Source: Paragordius varius
Lineage: Eukaryota; Animalia; Nematomorpha
Length of the DNA stretch: 64,000 nucleotides
Assembly: GCA_964247055.1 (NCBI GenBank)
Contig: OZ176052.1
Span: 620,001-684,000 of the forward strand
Direction of reading: 5' to 3'
The position numbers and the translations under genes were made by a program. Within the stretch, counting starts at the first letter, position 1; each line of letters starts with the position of its first letter. Below, piece after piece: positions 26,887 to 41,632 of the stretch. A model generated the notes under the pieces. The model saw only the letters and a program-made list of their open reading frames with translations, had not been told where the DNA came from and made no database searches.

Positions 26887-28123
26887 TATTGGGTATGATA
26901 AATTTTCCCAATCGTCAAAAAAATGGGCTGCAAACGCCATATATTAGAAAATACGTACTAAAATGTGTCAAACATATGATTATAAATATTTTGACTAAAC
27001 CTTTTAAAGTATGCACAATTTTTATCATATATTTATATATTATGTTAAGTAAAGCCTACAAAGCTCCAAATGTTTCATATAAAGTTTTTTTTAAATTTTG
27101 ACATATTGAAATTCTACTATTAGGAAAATTATATTTTGCTGTTAATATGGATAACACAAAATTAATTAAAATTAAAAAAATCTTTTAATTTCAAAAATCT
27201 AATTATTATATTGGAAATTTCCAGATCTTGTGTGAATTAAATGAAAATATATGGTAAATATTAAACTTTAAAGTTACTATCAATTGAACCTTATAACTAA
27301 TATTATATTTTAATTTATATTAATAATTTTATATACAATGATTACCATAGTTTTACTAGGAAATAGTGTTAATATTTTGTAAATTTCATTTAGGTGTGTT
27401 TGTACCTTTATAAAAGAAAATTAAGGACTATAGGTAAATTATATAAAAATTTTGTCCGGATTTTATAAGATTTGACAGGTAATGATTAAACCATAATGCC
27501 TTTGTTCAAAAATTTTAAAGTGATGTTCATTTTTCCTTTTTTTGTATATTATACTCAGGGGACTAAACTTGTAAAGAAACTATTTATTATGAAGGTTTTG
27601 GTTATAAATTAAACTATTAAACCCTGCGTATGAGAAAGCTCATATTTACAGTTAAAAAATCCAGCTGAAAACTTAAATTACGATTGAAACGAACAGCTGT
27701 TGTTTGAATCAATTAATATCGAATTGCCGGATCAAATGTAATTTGAAACCATCCCAAAGTTAACCATATTATACATTGATTTGCTTGTTGTATATTTAAT
27801 AATATATAACCATGGCAGCAAAAAAGTTTGAGATGAGGATTCATTACAATATCACATTTAAAACTTTTTTTGAGGTATGCGCTTAAAAGGCTAAAAAAGC
27901 ATATTTTTATGTTAGCCTAATTTATTTTTGAAATATGTAAATTTGGCTGAGGTACAAATCTACCCCCAAAAGGTAATAAAAGTTAATAAACTGCTCTTAT
28001 AAACGCATAGCATGAACTTTAGCACACTTATAGGCTAAAACATCACGTTTTTCCAGACTTTAAATCCTTTAATGACCTATCTTAAAAAGTGTTGTCTTTC
28101 AAATATTAAGTCCTGACATGCTA

Positions 28124-28163
<40 letters not shown>

Positions 28164-28639
28164 GAGTCCTTATATTAATCTATCATTTATTATTATGAAA
28201 TATTTTATATATAATTATATTATTAATTGTATTTATGGTGTATATTATATTAAATATATTACAGTGTTTATTTATAGTATCACATAAAAGTAACACAAAG
28301 TGAATAATTTAATATATCGGATTTTCAATTAGCACCTCATCCATGACATGCTATTTACAAACATAAATAATTCATAATGATTAGGTAAAAAACAGTGGAG
28401 ATTAACATTAAGAAAACCACCAAGGTGAATAAATTTAAAAGTCGTGTTGTTTTTTGAAACCTAAAAAAGGAGACATGATGTTTATAAACAGAGGGACCGA
28501 ATATTATATGATGTGAATGGATTTAACTAAGCGGCTTTAGGGTGTGCTTTTCTCCCTTACGTTATAGAAGTGTTCGGAAATGTCAAACTTTACACTATTT
28601 AACCCAGTAGTACTGACCAAAAATAAAGGGCTAAAAATA

Positions 28640-28945
28640 TATTTTTTGTCATAAAGTGGCCATAATACCGCTAAACATTTCATAGCTGTTTGACTTATTT
28701 GTAGACATTTTTGCTCCAAATAAGTAAATTAAAAAAATCAAAAAATGATTCAGGACCATAAAAAAGCAAACTTAAACTATTTAGCCCCCAGTGGTACACA
28801 CCAAATATCAAGGGTCAAAAAATATATTTAGAGGGCCATAATACCCATTAAAATTTCGTAGCTGTTTGACACATTTGCAGATATTTATGCTCCAAATAAG
28901 TAAATTCAAAAATTCAAAAAATGATTCAGGACCATAAAAAGCCCG
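28640..28945 (+). repeat. ~175-bp tandem duplication just downstream of the GPCR-A stop codon
   Basis: GGCCATAATACC..TAGCTGTTTGAC..TGCTCCAAATAAGTAAATT..AAAAAATGATTCAGGACCATAAAAA occurs twice. Confidence 0.8.
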
Positions 28946-28977
28946 CGGTAGTATCATTGATTTAGCATTTTAGAAAT

Positions 28978-31900
28978 TTACTTTCCATTTGTGACAATAT
29001 TATCGGCGGCATTTTGAGTAGTTATGGTTGTGGTCCCACTCTTCCCCAAATACAAATGGTACAGTTTGTAGACGCTATTGACGATCAGACACGTGTATAA
29101 GACGGCAATGTACAAGAAAACGAAAGAAACTATGGCACTGAACGAAGATAAGAAGGCATATGTGAACAAGCAAATAACGTAAAGTAGAATACTAAATATG
29201 AGATAATTTTTTAGTTGTCGAACTTCACGAAAGGCCGGAGGCAGTTTCGACAAGTTTGTAACACTCAAGAAACAGGCAAACAGTATAACAAGTTGAAAAG
29301 CCATAAGAACAATTATAAGTAACACTTTGGACGGATAAATTCCACAATAGACTTCAACCAACGGGTGATGTAATAGCTGATTACGTGCTGGTACAATAAC
29401 TTTCATGGGTTTGCCTTTGTCATATCCAATGATTACCAAATTAAGTACAACCTAAAACAAAAAAAATGGTTACGTGAAAACATTAAGACCAATTTTTTTG
29501 ATAAAGGATAAGCATACTTTTAATGATATTCTAAAATATAACTCATTGTTATGAATTGCAAAGTATTAAATAGAGATGTAAAATGGTAACACAATCAGTT
29601 ATATATGTTACAATTGTAAATAAATAGTTTATTTTAAATAAAATCAAGGTTAAAACTGGATTGTCTTGAGAAAAATATTTTTACTGTTTTTGTCCTTACA
29701 ATTTTAATTTTTACTTTATGATGGGGTAATTACAATACATATGGAGATATTACAGTAAAAATAATTATACGGACCAAATGTAAAAATTAATATACCAATG
29801 TATTTTTCTAAAAGACGACCATAATGTATATAACATGATTTATTTAAATGTAAATCATTGTTTAAAAATATAAAGGATGAAATAGATATATATATAGGTA
29901 ACACAATCAATTAGATTTTTTACAATTGTATAATTAAATGTTTAAAAGATAAATTAAGGTCTTAAAAAGTATGGTTGTCTTTTGAAAAAGAATTTTTGTC
30001 CATATGTTTTTACGTTTTGTCCGTATAATTTATTTCAATTAGTAAAAAATATAACACCTGTAAGAAACACAGAAAATAATATATTCGAAAGTAATTCTTT
30101 TCAATGTCCTCTTGTCGTTTATGTGCATGAGCCACATTTAGCCTTTCACTTATAATCCAAAGCTTTGTCATACTAGCCCCGTATATCATGGTAAACGAGA
30201 TAAGGACTAAAAATTGTGCTAAAACGCACTTTACATTGTTCGTTGGACCAATCAAGAAAAAAAGACCAAGGAATCCAAAAAAGATGCCCAGATATATGGC
30301 ATGAAGGAGTCGACGAATATCGTATTGGAACACGTAATTGTTGTAAAATCGCATGTATATGAAGAGAAGAGCTCCTAATGCCACCATACCCAACATGAGT
30401 AAGAAACTAAAGGAGATTTGATAAGATCTCAGTTCATGGAACATTTGAACGGGCATTTGGATGCATTTTTGCATGTTGGTAGGATCGGTCATATAAAATT
30501 GCGGACATGACACGCAAGGTTCCACCATACTCCCTGTATACTTTCGATTGGAGCCACACCGATTACAAGTCCAACAACATGGTTTATCTGATAAAAATTT
30601 GTACGTTACATTTAGGTTACAGGGAACACCGCAATACGAAACGGGTGAAACTGGATAAGCTCTGTAATGTATTGTAGGATCTAATAATTGATTAGTAGGC
30701 AATGAAGTGGAATTATTGTTCACATCACCCAAGGTGGGATCCGATCTAAAATGTGGTTTGTATTGAAAATCATTGAGTAGGACCAAACTTTTATTGGCTG
30801 AATCATAGTATCCATCGTATTTAAGCTCGACTTGTCCGGTCAACTGGTCTTGATACTACAGGAAAAAAACATATACAGTTTTTACAGTAACAATCGTTAA
30901 AACTATTAGGAGACAAATATTTTTTTTCAAAAGACTACAACCAACCATATTTTTTAAACCTTTGAATTATAACACCTTTCTTTTTGTGTCGCATAATAGG
31001 AATAGGGATGTAAATTGGTAACACTCTTAATCATAAATTTGGAAATTGTAATGATATAGTTTATGTATAAATATCCAGCAAGGTTTTAAAAAATGTTTTA
31101 ACTTTAGCGTTTTGTCCGTATATTTTATTAGATTTTTACTGTGTATAATAATGCAAAACCATCTTCTAACGTATAAAAAATCAATTACCACATTGCTAAT
31201 TTTAAGGCGATGTATAACATTCCCCCCATGCTCGTCAAACTTGACGAGGCCCGTTAGTCCAACGAAACTCACATTAAGTAAAAAGGGGTTTAGATTAGTC
31301 TGCGTTACACAATCAATTATTTGGGGCTTAGCTTTTAGCACATCAACCCCTAACTCCTGGGCACAAGCGAGGATTGCTTGCGATATGGCAATACCAATCA
31401 CATTAGTTATATCAATGACGATTGAAGCTTTATCATCGTGAAAAGTCGTATTACGGAACAGATTGATAGAATCAAAAAATGCATCCTCCATCACATTTTT
31501 CCCATCGGCATCCTTTAGGGCCAGGTGTTGAGAACGCTCACGCGACCCAAGTTTATCTAACATCCAAATTCGGTAATCATCAGATGCCTGAGCCAAATCT
31601 GTTACAACTATGCTCCCTAGAGCAATATCCAACACTCGCTGATACTTTAGTTGAAATATGTTGGGCCACGTGTCAAAACTTATAAAGATTGGGCGCTTCA
31701 AGTGTGGATTAGCTATGAGGACTTGGCGAATGGCAACAAGAACCGGTATGTATTGATTATTATTAAGGAATAGAAGTATAACGAGCGAATTTGAACTTTC
31801 CAGTGTACGTTTTAACTGGGCGTGCATTCCCGTGGTGTTTAAAACCTGGATAAAATTACGATATGGGATAGTTATATTGGTCCAAACGCAACACTCTCTA

Positions 31901-33254
31901 GCCTCCGTTCCAATCAACATTTGAAGTGCAAAGTATCGATTGTATTGATCGTCACTGTAGATTATGGAGAAGACATTCCAATTCATTCGTTTCAACAGGG
32001 CCCACAAAGCATTAAGGTAAACGTTTTGATTTGTTATGAATTGAAAGAAATTACTATATGCAATAAAAAAAAGTTTTAAAAGTTTTAGACAAAATAATTT
32101 AATATTTAACCGATTTACCTTAAATGACTAATTGATTGTAGGCGTACCGAATTAGCCCCCGGGCTAAAATGCGGTTTATTTTTGAAGTTTAGATAGGGCG
32201 AGACTGTTAGAGTTTCTATACTGGAGAATGGACCCACGATAGCTTTTAGATTTGGTATGCCTCTGCTCAAAATTATAGCTTGCAGCTAACAAAATTACAT
32301 TTAAATAATGGCTAGATTTACAGTAAAGCTTATAAAGACAAAACATAGGCAAATATTTTTATAAAGAAAACCAAACCTTATTTTTTGCCCTTACATTTTT
32401 TAATATTGCACCTTTTTTTTATAATTTCACATAAAAAATACGTAATTATATCTCTTGTCACTCGAAACGAAAAGACAACAAACACATAGTTTAAAACTAA
32501 GTCTCTATAAAGTATGCATTTTGATGGTTGCATATTTCACACTATGTAGGGCAATTTGCAACAACTAAAAGAAAGGAGGAAATTGTTTATTCAGTATATT
32601 GTTGTTTTTTCCATACACTACTGTGTTGCAAATTGCCCAACTATAGTGTGAAATAAGCAACCATTAAAATACATACTGTAAATCATAAATTTTTTACTTC
32701 TTATGTTTCGTCAATATAAATCTTTTTTTACCGTGTATATAAACGGAATAAAAAAACCAAAAAAACTCTTGTAAAAAATTTTAACTAACCTGAGCTAATG
32801 CAGGATTCGCACACGTTGGTAAAATGTAGTAACCCAAGGTTATATTGTAAGCCGGTATGAATTTCGCATTGATTTGTTCGATGGCATAAACAAAACTATA
32901 CATGGCAGGGAGGTAGGGATCTGTTACTGGGCCACACCAAGCTTTTCGACTGCCCTCCGGTGCATTATAAATTTGAAATAGACCACCTAAATTCAAGTCT
33001 GAAAGGTTTATCAGGTGTGTTGATGGGTATCGCAGTAATCTCTGCGCAGAACGATTTTTTCGTACTATTTGGTCTTGTTCTGATAAAGTATTATTATTAT
33101 TGTTGGTAATATTTGAGGATAAAACATTTGTTTCAAACTTTTGCTGTTTTCGTTCGATTTGTGAAAGTACGGTGGATTGGGAATAGGTCGACTGAGCTCT
33201 GAGAAACAGGCAAACTATGTTAAATTCAATGATAAGTTGAAAAATTACTTTCAT
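28978..33254 (-). CDS. Class C GPCR (mGluR/CaSR-like, orphan), paralogue A; exons 33254-32790, 32285-32119, 32053-31189, 30855-30058, 29451-28978
   Basis: Signal peptide (MKVIFQLIIEFNIVCLFLRA), NLGGLF, NITLGYYILPTC, AIVGPFSS, WNVFSIIYS, VSFVGLTGLVKFDEHG, the CRD CCWTCNRC..CVSCP, and a 7TM with LPPAFRE in ICL3. Phases 0,2,0,0 are consistent. Confidence 0.92.
30880..31143. mobile_element. MITE family 1 copy filling most of GPCR-A intron 3
   Basis: TIR-like ends lie inside the 333-bp intron 30856-31188. Confidence 0.7.
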
Positions 33255-36200
33255 AGTATCAAATGATGTGTGTGTTTTATATGGAAACAATGTTTTTATG
33301 TAGAGAGAGGTATGATATAGTTAACCAAAATATAATTGATTGTAATTACATGAAATGACTAAGGTAAATTCGTAGCAGAACGAGAAAAAAAATAGGAATG
33401 GAAAATACATGAAAATTAAATTTTGGATCCCGAAATTATTTGGCATTATTCATGGTGGAAAAGAATGTGTGATAAACTTTTTGGCGAATATTTTGCATTT
33501 TTTTAAAAAATTGAAATTTTAATAATATTTTCTATGAATTTTTTTTAAAATAAGGTAGGAACAATGTATGATATTTAATTTAAACAACAATGCGATTTAG
33601 ACAAAAGAATAGAGGTTTGCCCGAAATCACATAATATCTCTCCTATTGTATTCATATCCAATTTTTATGTTCATATTACAGTAAGCAATTTTTAAAAAAA
33701 TATATTAATAAATAATAATAATATAATGGAAATAATTGGTTTTAATTAAAATGCCAATATTATGATATAATTATATCGAGAAAAAAATTTAATTATATAT
33801 CGTACACTTAGGTGTGAAAAAAATAGTAGGAAACTTAAGTCAAAAATTAATAAATAAGTTGAAAAAAATTCTTTAGCGCATGGGAGTAACTACACTGTGC
33901 CACAAAAATGGTCATCAAAAAACAATTGTTTTCAAATGACATATAATATCTAGCTACTGTCACAGGGTAATGAATATCTGAGAAATAATATATGTGGTTA
34001 AAATACCAATAAAAATTTTTTTAAATTTTTCTTTTATTAGCAGTCAAATCGATATTAGGTCATTTAAAATACTTAAGGAGAGCATGCGTATGATTTGCAG
34101 TATGTATTTTAATGATTGCTTATTTCACACTATAGTTGTGTAATTCGCAACATACTAGTGTATAAAATAAACATGTTCCTTCTTTTTTCCAAACACTTCT
34201 TTGTTGCAAATTACCCTATTATAGTGTGAAATAAGCAAACATTAAAATCCATACTGTATTTCTTAGTATGGTCAAAAAGATAATGTTAAGGGCAATCCCC
34301 GAAAAATCGCGTTAAAAAATGATATGATTTAAGTTTTATATGATGGAGTTTTACCTCTTATAGCTAAAGGAGCGTGTGAATTATAAAACTTCTTAAATAA
34401 AACTGAAAATATACATCGAAGCGAATAGAAAAATTATTTATAATTTTTATTTTAGGTGTTAAATATGCGCTACGTTAACTTTTTATATGCTGTTAAACTT
34501 GAATTATTTAAGCATAAACTTTTTGTTATAAAATTTACTTACTACATGTAGTGTAATTATATGAAAGTTGAAATGAATATATATATATACATATATATAT
34601 ATATAATATTTTTATGCCGCACAATTGCATTTTTTTCTTTAAATTTTACAATAAAGAGGGACCGATTTAGTTTAAATTCTGAGAAGGCTTTATAAAGAAT
34701 AAAATAGGGGTGTCCAACACACAGACCGCGGCCATTTTATGTTCAGCCCGCCAGTAATGATAATTTAACACACACAATATCTTAGTAAAAATAAATACGA
34801 ATTTGATAATTTAACAAATATCTTAGTAAAAATATGATATTTATTTCTTAAACAACTTTTGTAAATCAGTCTTTCCAATTGGCTTATAAACTAATAACTA
34901 TTTATATATTTTACCATCTTTTCCCATGCTTATTTGATGACCCGATATCTTAGCAGCCCTCGAAGCTATTTTCCACTGGTATAAAACTTAAACACTTCAT
35001 TATCTTTTCATTTTTTGTCCTAGTTTACATATTTGAGTAGTTTTATATCCCAGGGGACAACTTCAAAACGCGATCAAAACGAACAGCTGATATTATCAAA
35101 ATATATCCAGTTTTTGCTGTTAAAGTGAGCTTTTTAAAGTTAACTTACATTTTCTAACCTTAATATACATTTTTTGCCTATTGATTTAACGATACAAAAT
35201 AATTTATAGAAAAAAAAGGTGGCAAAAAAATTTAAGATAAGGATATTTTTACAATTTTACATTTTTTTGAAAAATTTCTTTCTATAATGCAACCTAAAAG
35301 GCTAAAGAAAGATTTTTAAATTGAGCTTAATACCTTAAATTCTTTTTATGATATCGATTCAAATCGCTTTGGATTATCAAACTTCCCAAAAGGTATTGAA
35401 GTATATTATAACAACAGGTATATATACAGTATGAGTAAGTATATATTGCTAGAAAGTTATTATTCCGCAAAGAGAATTATTATTGGCTAATTATAGTAAA
35501 AAGTGAAATAAATTACTAATAGCCAATAATACAGCCCTTAGTTGTATATGGTATTTGGCAACAATTATAATCTTTCTAGCAATGTATACTTATTCAAACT
35601 ATAATTATAAAATAAAATTTATTGGACACGTTTTTTTCTTAAGGTAAAGATTGACACAATTTTTTTCAAAAAATCATTTCATTAAGAGGTTGTGAAAATA
35701 ATAAAATTTTGCTAATTAAAATATTTTTGAGTATCTTGTTTTAAAATTCATTATACTATGAGTTTTAGATATTAAATAACATGTAATTTTTCAATAATTA
35801 TTATTTTTTGTAAGCATATTTATATAAAGGATGAGGGAAATAAATTTAAAAGCACAATCTGTATTAAGACAAGCATGATTCTATTTAAATTAAACCCTTA
35901 ACCAATCTTTATTGGAGGTTTTGACCATATCAACTTTAAATGTTTAAAATAATATTATAAATAATATTCTATGTGATGTTCGACTCATTATAAGGGCACC
36001 CAAATATCCATTTTTAGATGACTTAACCTAAAAACTAGCATATTTTCAATAAGAAAAAAACATTTTAAATTTAGCTATATGGATTATAAAGGAACGGAGG
36101 GGTATATGCAATACAACTTCAAGAGTGTGAACACTTCAAGTTGGTCCCTGAACACTTCTAAGTAGTCCTTAAACTTGGTCCTTTAACTTTTTTTATTTTT

Positions 36201-36579
36201 TCTATAAAATCGTACAGTTCATTCATCAATTTTATCATTAACTTAAACTTTTAATCAATATCAATTTTTAATTATTCAGAGACCGTATATCTTTATAATT
36301 TCCTAAAAAATTATTTTAAATATTTAATGTCTTTTAACACATAAAAATATATAAGTGTTCTGGGTTAGTATTTATATTAAAATTAAATATAAGTTAATTT
36401 TGTAAAATTGAAAAAAATTTTGAAACGAAAAATGGTTTTTGAATAAAATTTTTTATTACTGTTGTAATATTAAATAATAAATCAGTTAACACCTAAAATA
36501 TTAATTTCTTACTCACGGAAGTAAAAATTATATTTTCTTTTACCTAATTTCGAAGATTGGGCCATTCCACTACCTAGAA

Positions 36580-39500
36580 CAGGGGTTGGCAACCTTAGGC
36601 TCGCCGTATATTTGTATATGGCTTGCCAAAGCATTTAAAAAGCATTAAAAATTAATTAAATTTAACCGCGTAAGCGTGCCGAAACAGGACCTGAAACTAA
36701 TGACAACTTTTTCAAAAAAAATAGCATTTATTCATTTTACCAGATACTTATCAATATTCGTATGATTGCACATAAAACATGATCGAATTCACAACCATGC
36801 TTTACTATTATGGATTTTAATTTTTGATTTATTGAGATACCGTGGAAACGGCACTAAGACGTTAGGGGGTAACTATAAAATGTTTTATTCAGGTTCTATG
36901 GATGGTTACAGTGGGGTCGCCATAATAAAGTGTCCAAGATGTGCCAATCAAGTAGTTGAGGTTAGACGTGCTGACAGTAGAAATACACCTATTAGTAAAG
37001 AAGAGGGTTTTACCTTCTTTAGAGTTAATGCTCCCCAGATAGGGTTAACTAAACCAGAGAAAGATAAATTTTATGATTTGTTGAACGAATGATACTTCAT
37101 TAACGAAAGACATAAAAATAATATTTTGTTGATTTCAATGAGCATGTGGAACAAAATAGGAGAGGTTTTGAACCTTGGCACGGCGGAAAAGGCTACGGGG
37201 TTATAAATGAAGAAGGGGCTAGTTTATTAAGATTTGCCCAATCTTATAACTTTGCTATAACAAATACTTTTTTTACGAAAAGGGATAGCCACTTAATTAC
37301 CTACGAAAGTGGAAATAAGAAGTCACAAATTGATTATATTCTAGTGCCACGAAAGTCTTTAAAGTTTGTTTTGGACTGCAAAGTGATACCTAACCTCCAG
37401 ATTAGTATACAACATAATTTAATTATGTGTCAATATATGACAGATGGACGAATAAATGCTAAAAAGCGTAAGCTTAAAGCGCCGAATTCAAACGGTAGGC
37501 ACACTAGACAGGAACAGCGATCCAGAAAGTGTTTGGTCTCTAATGGCTAAAAAAATAGAGAGGCGGGATTTAAGATGTGCGGAATGAAAGGTGGCAGAAA
37601 TCAGGTTTATAGAGAGGCATGGCTGAAAGACGAAAAAATAATTCTGAAATCGCGAGAGAAAAGAAAAGCTTTTTAAATCTGGATGTTTACCCACCAAGAC
37701 GAGGAAAAATATAAAAGGTTTAATAAAGGCTTGCGAGATTGATCAAAAAAGAGAAGCATTATATAAGGAATTACACAGTGAGCAAGGTATTTACAAAGTT
37801 TTTAAAATTCTAGACAAAGACACAGAAGAAAGCGGAACTTGCCCCCTTACTCGACCGCTATTAAAGACAAAAACGGCAAATTACTGGTTGAGGAAGCGAA
37901 AATTTTGAAGAGGTGGAAAGAATATTTCCCGAAACACTAGATATCTGCGCATATTGAAAGTAACAGAAGAAGAAGTCTGGGTTGGATTAGAAGAGATGTC
38001 TATTAAAACTGCGAGTCGACGATTAACATAAACTGTTGGAAAATAATATTAATGAAGGTATTGAATTTTTGACAGATATTTCTAAAAATGTAGTTATTAG
38101 TATGATCCCCGAATGGAAGGAGAGTTTCACTGTTCCCATTTTCAAGGGTAAAGGAGATATTAATGATTGAAATCATTACTTAGGGATAAGATTGATGTCG
38201 CATGCAATGAAGTTATTTGAATAAATACTAGAGAAAAGAATGATAAAAATGGTCGGTATTGAGGGTAATCAATTTGGTTTTAATCCAGGTAAGTCCACCA
38301 TCGATCGATTCATGCAGTAAGAAGGCTAATTGAAAAGTTTATAGAAATGGTATTTTAATCGATATTGAAATGGCGTTTGACAGAATACCACAGAGTACAA
38401 TATGTTGGAGTTTAAGATGAAAAACGTTCCTGAAAGTTAAACAACAATTCTACGGCTCTCACCATACCAGAGTTACACACCAGGGAGTGTCAGATCCTAT
38501 TTTAAACCAAGGTTTATATAAGGGGTAGCAATCAGTCCGTTACTATTTATAATATGCATGGACGAAAAGAGGTGGGGCAACATGATGGCTGGTATTTTAT
38601 TTATGCAGACGACCTGATAATGTTGTCAGACGAGTTGGACGAATTCAAAGTATTCGTCAAATGGATTGATGTGTTACGACGGTGCGGTTTAAAAGTTAAT
38701 AAAAAGAAAACGGAACTTATAATCGGTGGGAAAAACGAAAAATTAGAAGAATAGGAACAATTTTAACAGCTGATGGTTCATTAATGCATGATATAATTTT
38801 AAGAATCCGAAATAATTGGGCAAATTATGATAAGATCTCAAATGTTTTGTGCGATAAAAATATTGACCAAAAAATCAAGGGTAAGATTTGAAGTGCTATA
38901 GTACAGCCAACAGTGATGTACAACTCACAGACATGGGCAATAAAGAAATCAGAAGAGAGGCACTTGAGGTTACTGAAATGAGAATGCTTAGATTGATGTG
39001 CGGTGTAACGAGGAAAGACAAGGTGCGTAATGTATACTTAAGAGCAAGTACGGAAATCAAACTGGTAACACAAAAGATTATGTTAAATCATCTTAGATGG
39101 CTTCATGTAGAATAGAGATAAAAACTACATTGGTAAAAAGATTGATGATTATATTGTGAAAGGTAAGAGGAGAAGAGGGCGCCCTAAAACACGATGGATA
39201 GATACAGTTAAAAGGGACATTGCAAAACTGAACCTAAAACGCGAGGACGCCATAGACAGGGTTCTATGACGGAATAGTTTACGGATATGAACGCTCGAAA
39301 GAGTGATATCATATAATGTAATTATTATTATTATTAAAATTGGATGATACAACTTTTAGCGGTGTATTAAAACTATAACTAAAACACGGCCTAATCAATT
39401 GAATTAATTAAATAATAGGTTTTGGTTGTTTAAAAGTTGAATACAGAGAGACAATATTATGTTGTAAGACCCGGGTGTCCAACATGCGGCTCGTAAAATT

Positions 39501-41632
39501 ATGAATTTTATTAAATATTTATGTAATTCTGTGATTTGCGAAAATATGCTTTCTACAAAATCTTTTCTGAATTTTTTCCAAATTTTTGCAACCAACTAGC
39601 GAAAATTCATTAAATATATAGTCCTTGTATTGCCTTAATAATTTTTTGGTCTTATATTTGAATTCTAATATAGTATTTGAGATTTAAATGTAAAATAATT
39701 TCATAAAAATATAACTTACAAATATTCCCAGAAAAATCCAATAGAATTTTAATATCGTGAAAAAAGTGCTTTTGCAGCCCACCTTTAACATTTCATAACA
39801 TTTTTAATTTGTTTGTACGGGATGGCATTTTGGGTTTAGTACTTGAGCGCTTAAAGTTTTATAAATACGCTACTTGTTTAAAAATTGTTTTGTCAAAATT
39901 TATTTGTCGACTCACTTCTCCTGTAATAGATAACCTTAGAATTTTAACATTTTTGAACTTCCATAGTTTAAAATTGGGACAGCTCCAAAACAGCATTAAT
40001 CAGCTAATTATAAATAAATTATAGTGCTTCAAAATGTAACCTGAAAGCTTTCTAAAGTTAATTATTTGCATTTCTGCCTGTTATGTTTAGATTATAGATA
40101 GGGGCGAAATGAGATTTTTTTAATTTAAAATTGTTTAGAAATTGTATTTTGCACCTAAAAGGATAAAAATAGCATAATTCAGAATTATCCCAAATTATAA
40201 GATATTTGAATTTCAAATGGCCCTAAAATATAAAACTATCCCAAAAACTTGACGTGTTTATATATACAAACAGAAGTATACTTTTCGACTCAATAATACT
40301 AATGATTAAATAAATAGGTAAAGAACAAAATTATAAAACTCTGACTTATCACAGGTTCGCTGTATATAAATAAATTTTTTATTAGTAACTAAGCATAAAT
40401 TTTAGTCCAAAGATGAAAATGCTTCGCCATTCATGGTGGTTTTTCACAAATTATTTTAATACCATTGAATTTGGATTTTTATTCATAATTTAATATTAAA
40501 CAATAAATTTACTAGCGATATAAAACATTTTTTATTTTAAATGGGATGTTCAAAAAAGTGACACGCTGGGCGCATTTAATGCATAAAAAATATTATTGCT
40601 TTATTTAAGGGGTTCACAGGCTTTTCGAATTGCTTCAAATCAAATTTCACATCTATTAATCTATAGATGAGTGCAGTAAGACATAAAGCATGTCAAAAAA
40701 TATTCTTTTAGTATGAATATATCTTTTGTGATATTTTACTGACCCACACATGTGGGTGACTGCGGAAAATTTTTTTGATAAAAACGTTATTTCATGGTTG
40801 TAAACCAATATAATCAATTAATAAAGAAAATGCATGAGGTTATAATTCGTTTCTAGAAAAAATAGCTAAATAGACAGGATTGTTGGGGCACACTTTACAT
40901 TATGTATACCCAAAGCCAAATAGTCTTAACTATTTTTACATTTATAAAACAACTATCTAAGGGCACTAATAAATTAATAGTATTTACCAAAAATTAAAAA
41001 TATTTTAAAGTATATCGTTTTTGCAAAAACGATAATTTTACAGAACTTGGGTTTAATCGCAGGAACTGATAGGTGCATTCATATCTCAATGATAAAGTAT
41101 GTTTAATTTAATTGAAATAACTTTTTTGAAGAATCAAATTTTATTACACATTTACTTGTTACTTTCTCCAATCATCATCAGTAAACCTATACTAAAATAT
41201 TATTTTAATATCAATGAATGCTATAATATTTCTTTTACTTTAATTTCAAACTTGGCATCCAATCTTCAATCAGTTAACCATTTAAATAAAAAATACCATA
41301 TTATAATCCCCTTTACTTTAATACAAATATTGGGGGCATTTTTTTTCAATCAGCCTTTATTAAAATATTAATTGACTTGTATAGAATCCAAAAACTATAT
41401 TTTTTTGTACAGTCGAGTTAAAAAATTATTTAATTTTCAAAAACGATTTGAAAAAAATTATTGGGCCGAATGCAGCCCATGCTCTATACAAAACTAGGTA
41501 ATGTTTATTAAATTTGTGTAACAAAATAAGAATATTCCAAAGCTGAGCTAAAAATTTATTAATTTTTTAAGATTTTTTGAAAAATATTATTGGGTCACAT
41601 GCAGCCCACGGCCTGTACGTCGCCGACCCCTG
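36580..41632. mobile_element. hAT (Charlie/Buster-like) DNA transposon relic, defined by its termini
   Basis: Left TIR CAGGGGTTGGCAAC at 36580. The right end GTCGCCGACCCCTG ends at 41632 (12/14 match). The flanks ACCTAGAA and ACCTAAAA form a 7/8 8-bp TSD with a central TA. Subterminal direct repeats lie at ~41420-41490 and ~41545-41610. No intact transposase was seen. Confidence 0.7.
36830..39335 (+). mobile_element. Degenerate, 5'-truncated RTE-clade non-LTR retrotransposon (APE endonuclease + RT)
   Basis: Frameshifted fragments include the APE pieces (YKMFYSG, NAPQIGL, TNTFFTK..ITYESGNKKSQIDYILV), the RT (AISPLLFII, YADDL, GLKVNKKKTE) and the RTE-type C-terminus (EMRMLR..GVTRKDKVRN; GKRRRGRPKTRWIDTVKRD). 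It ends in an (ATT)n tail at 39321-39335. Confidence 0.9.
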
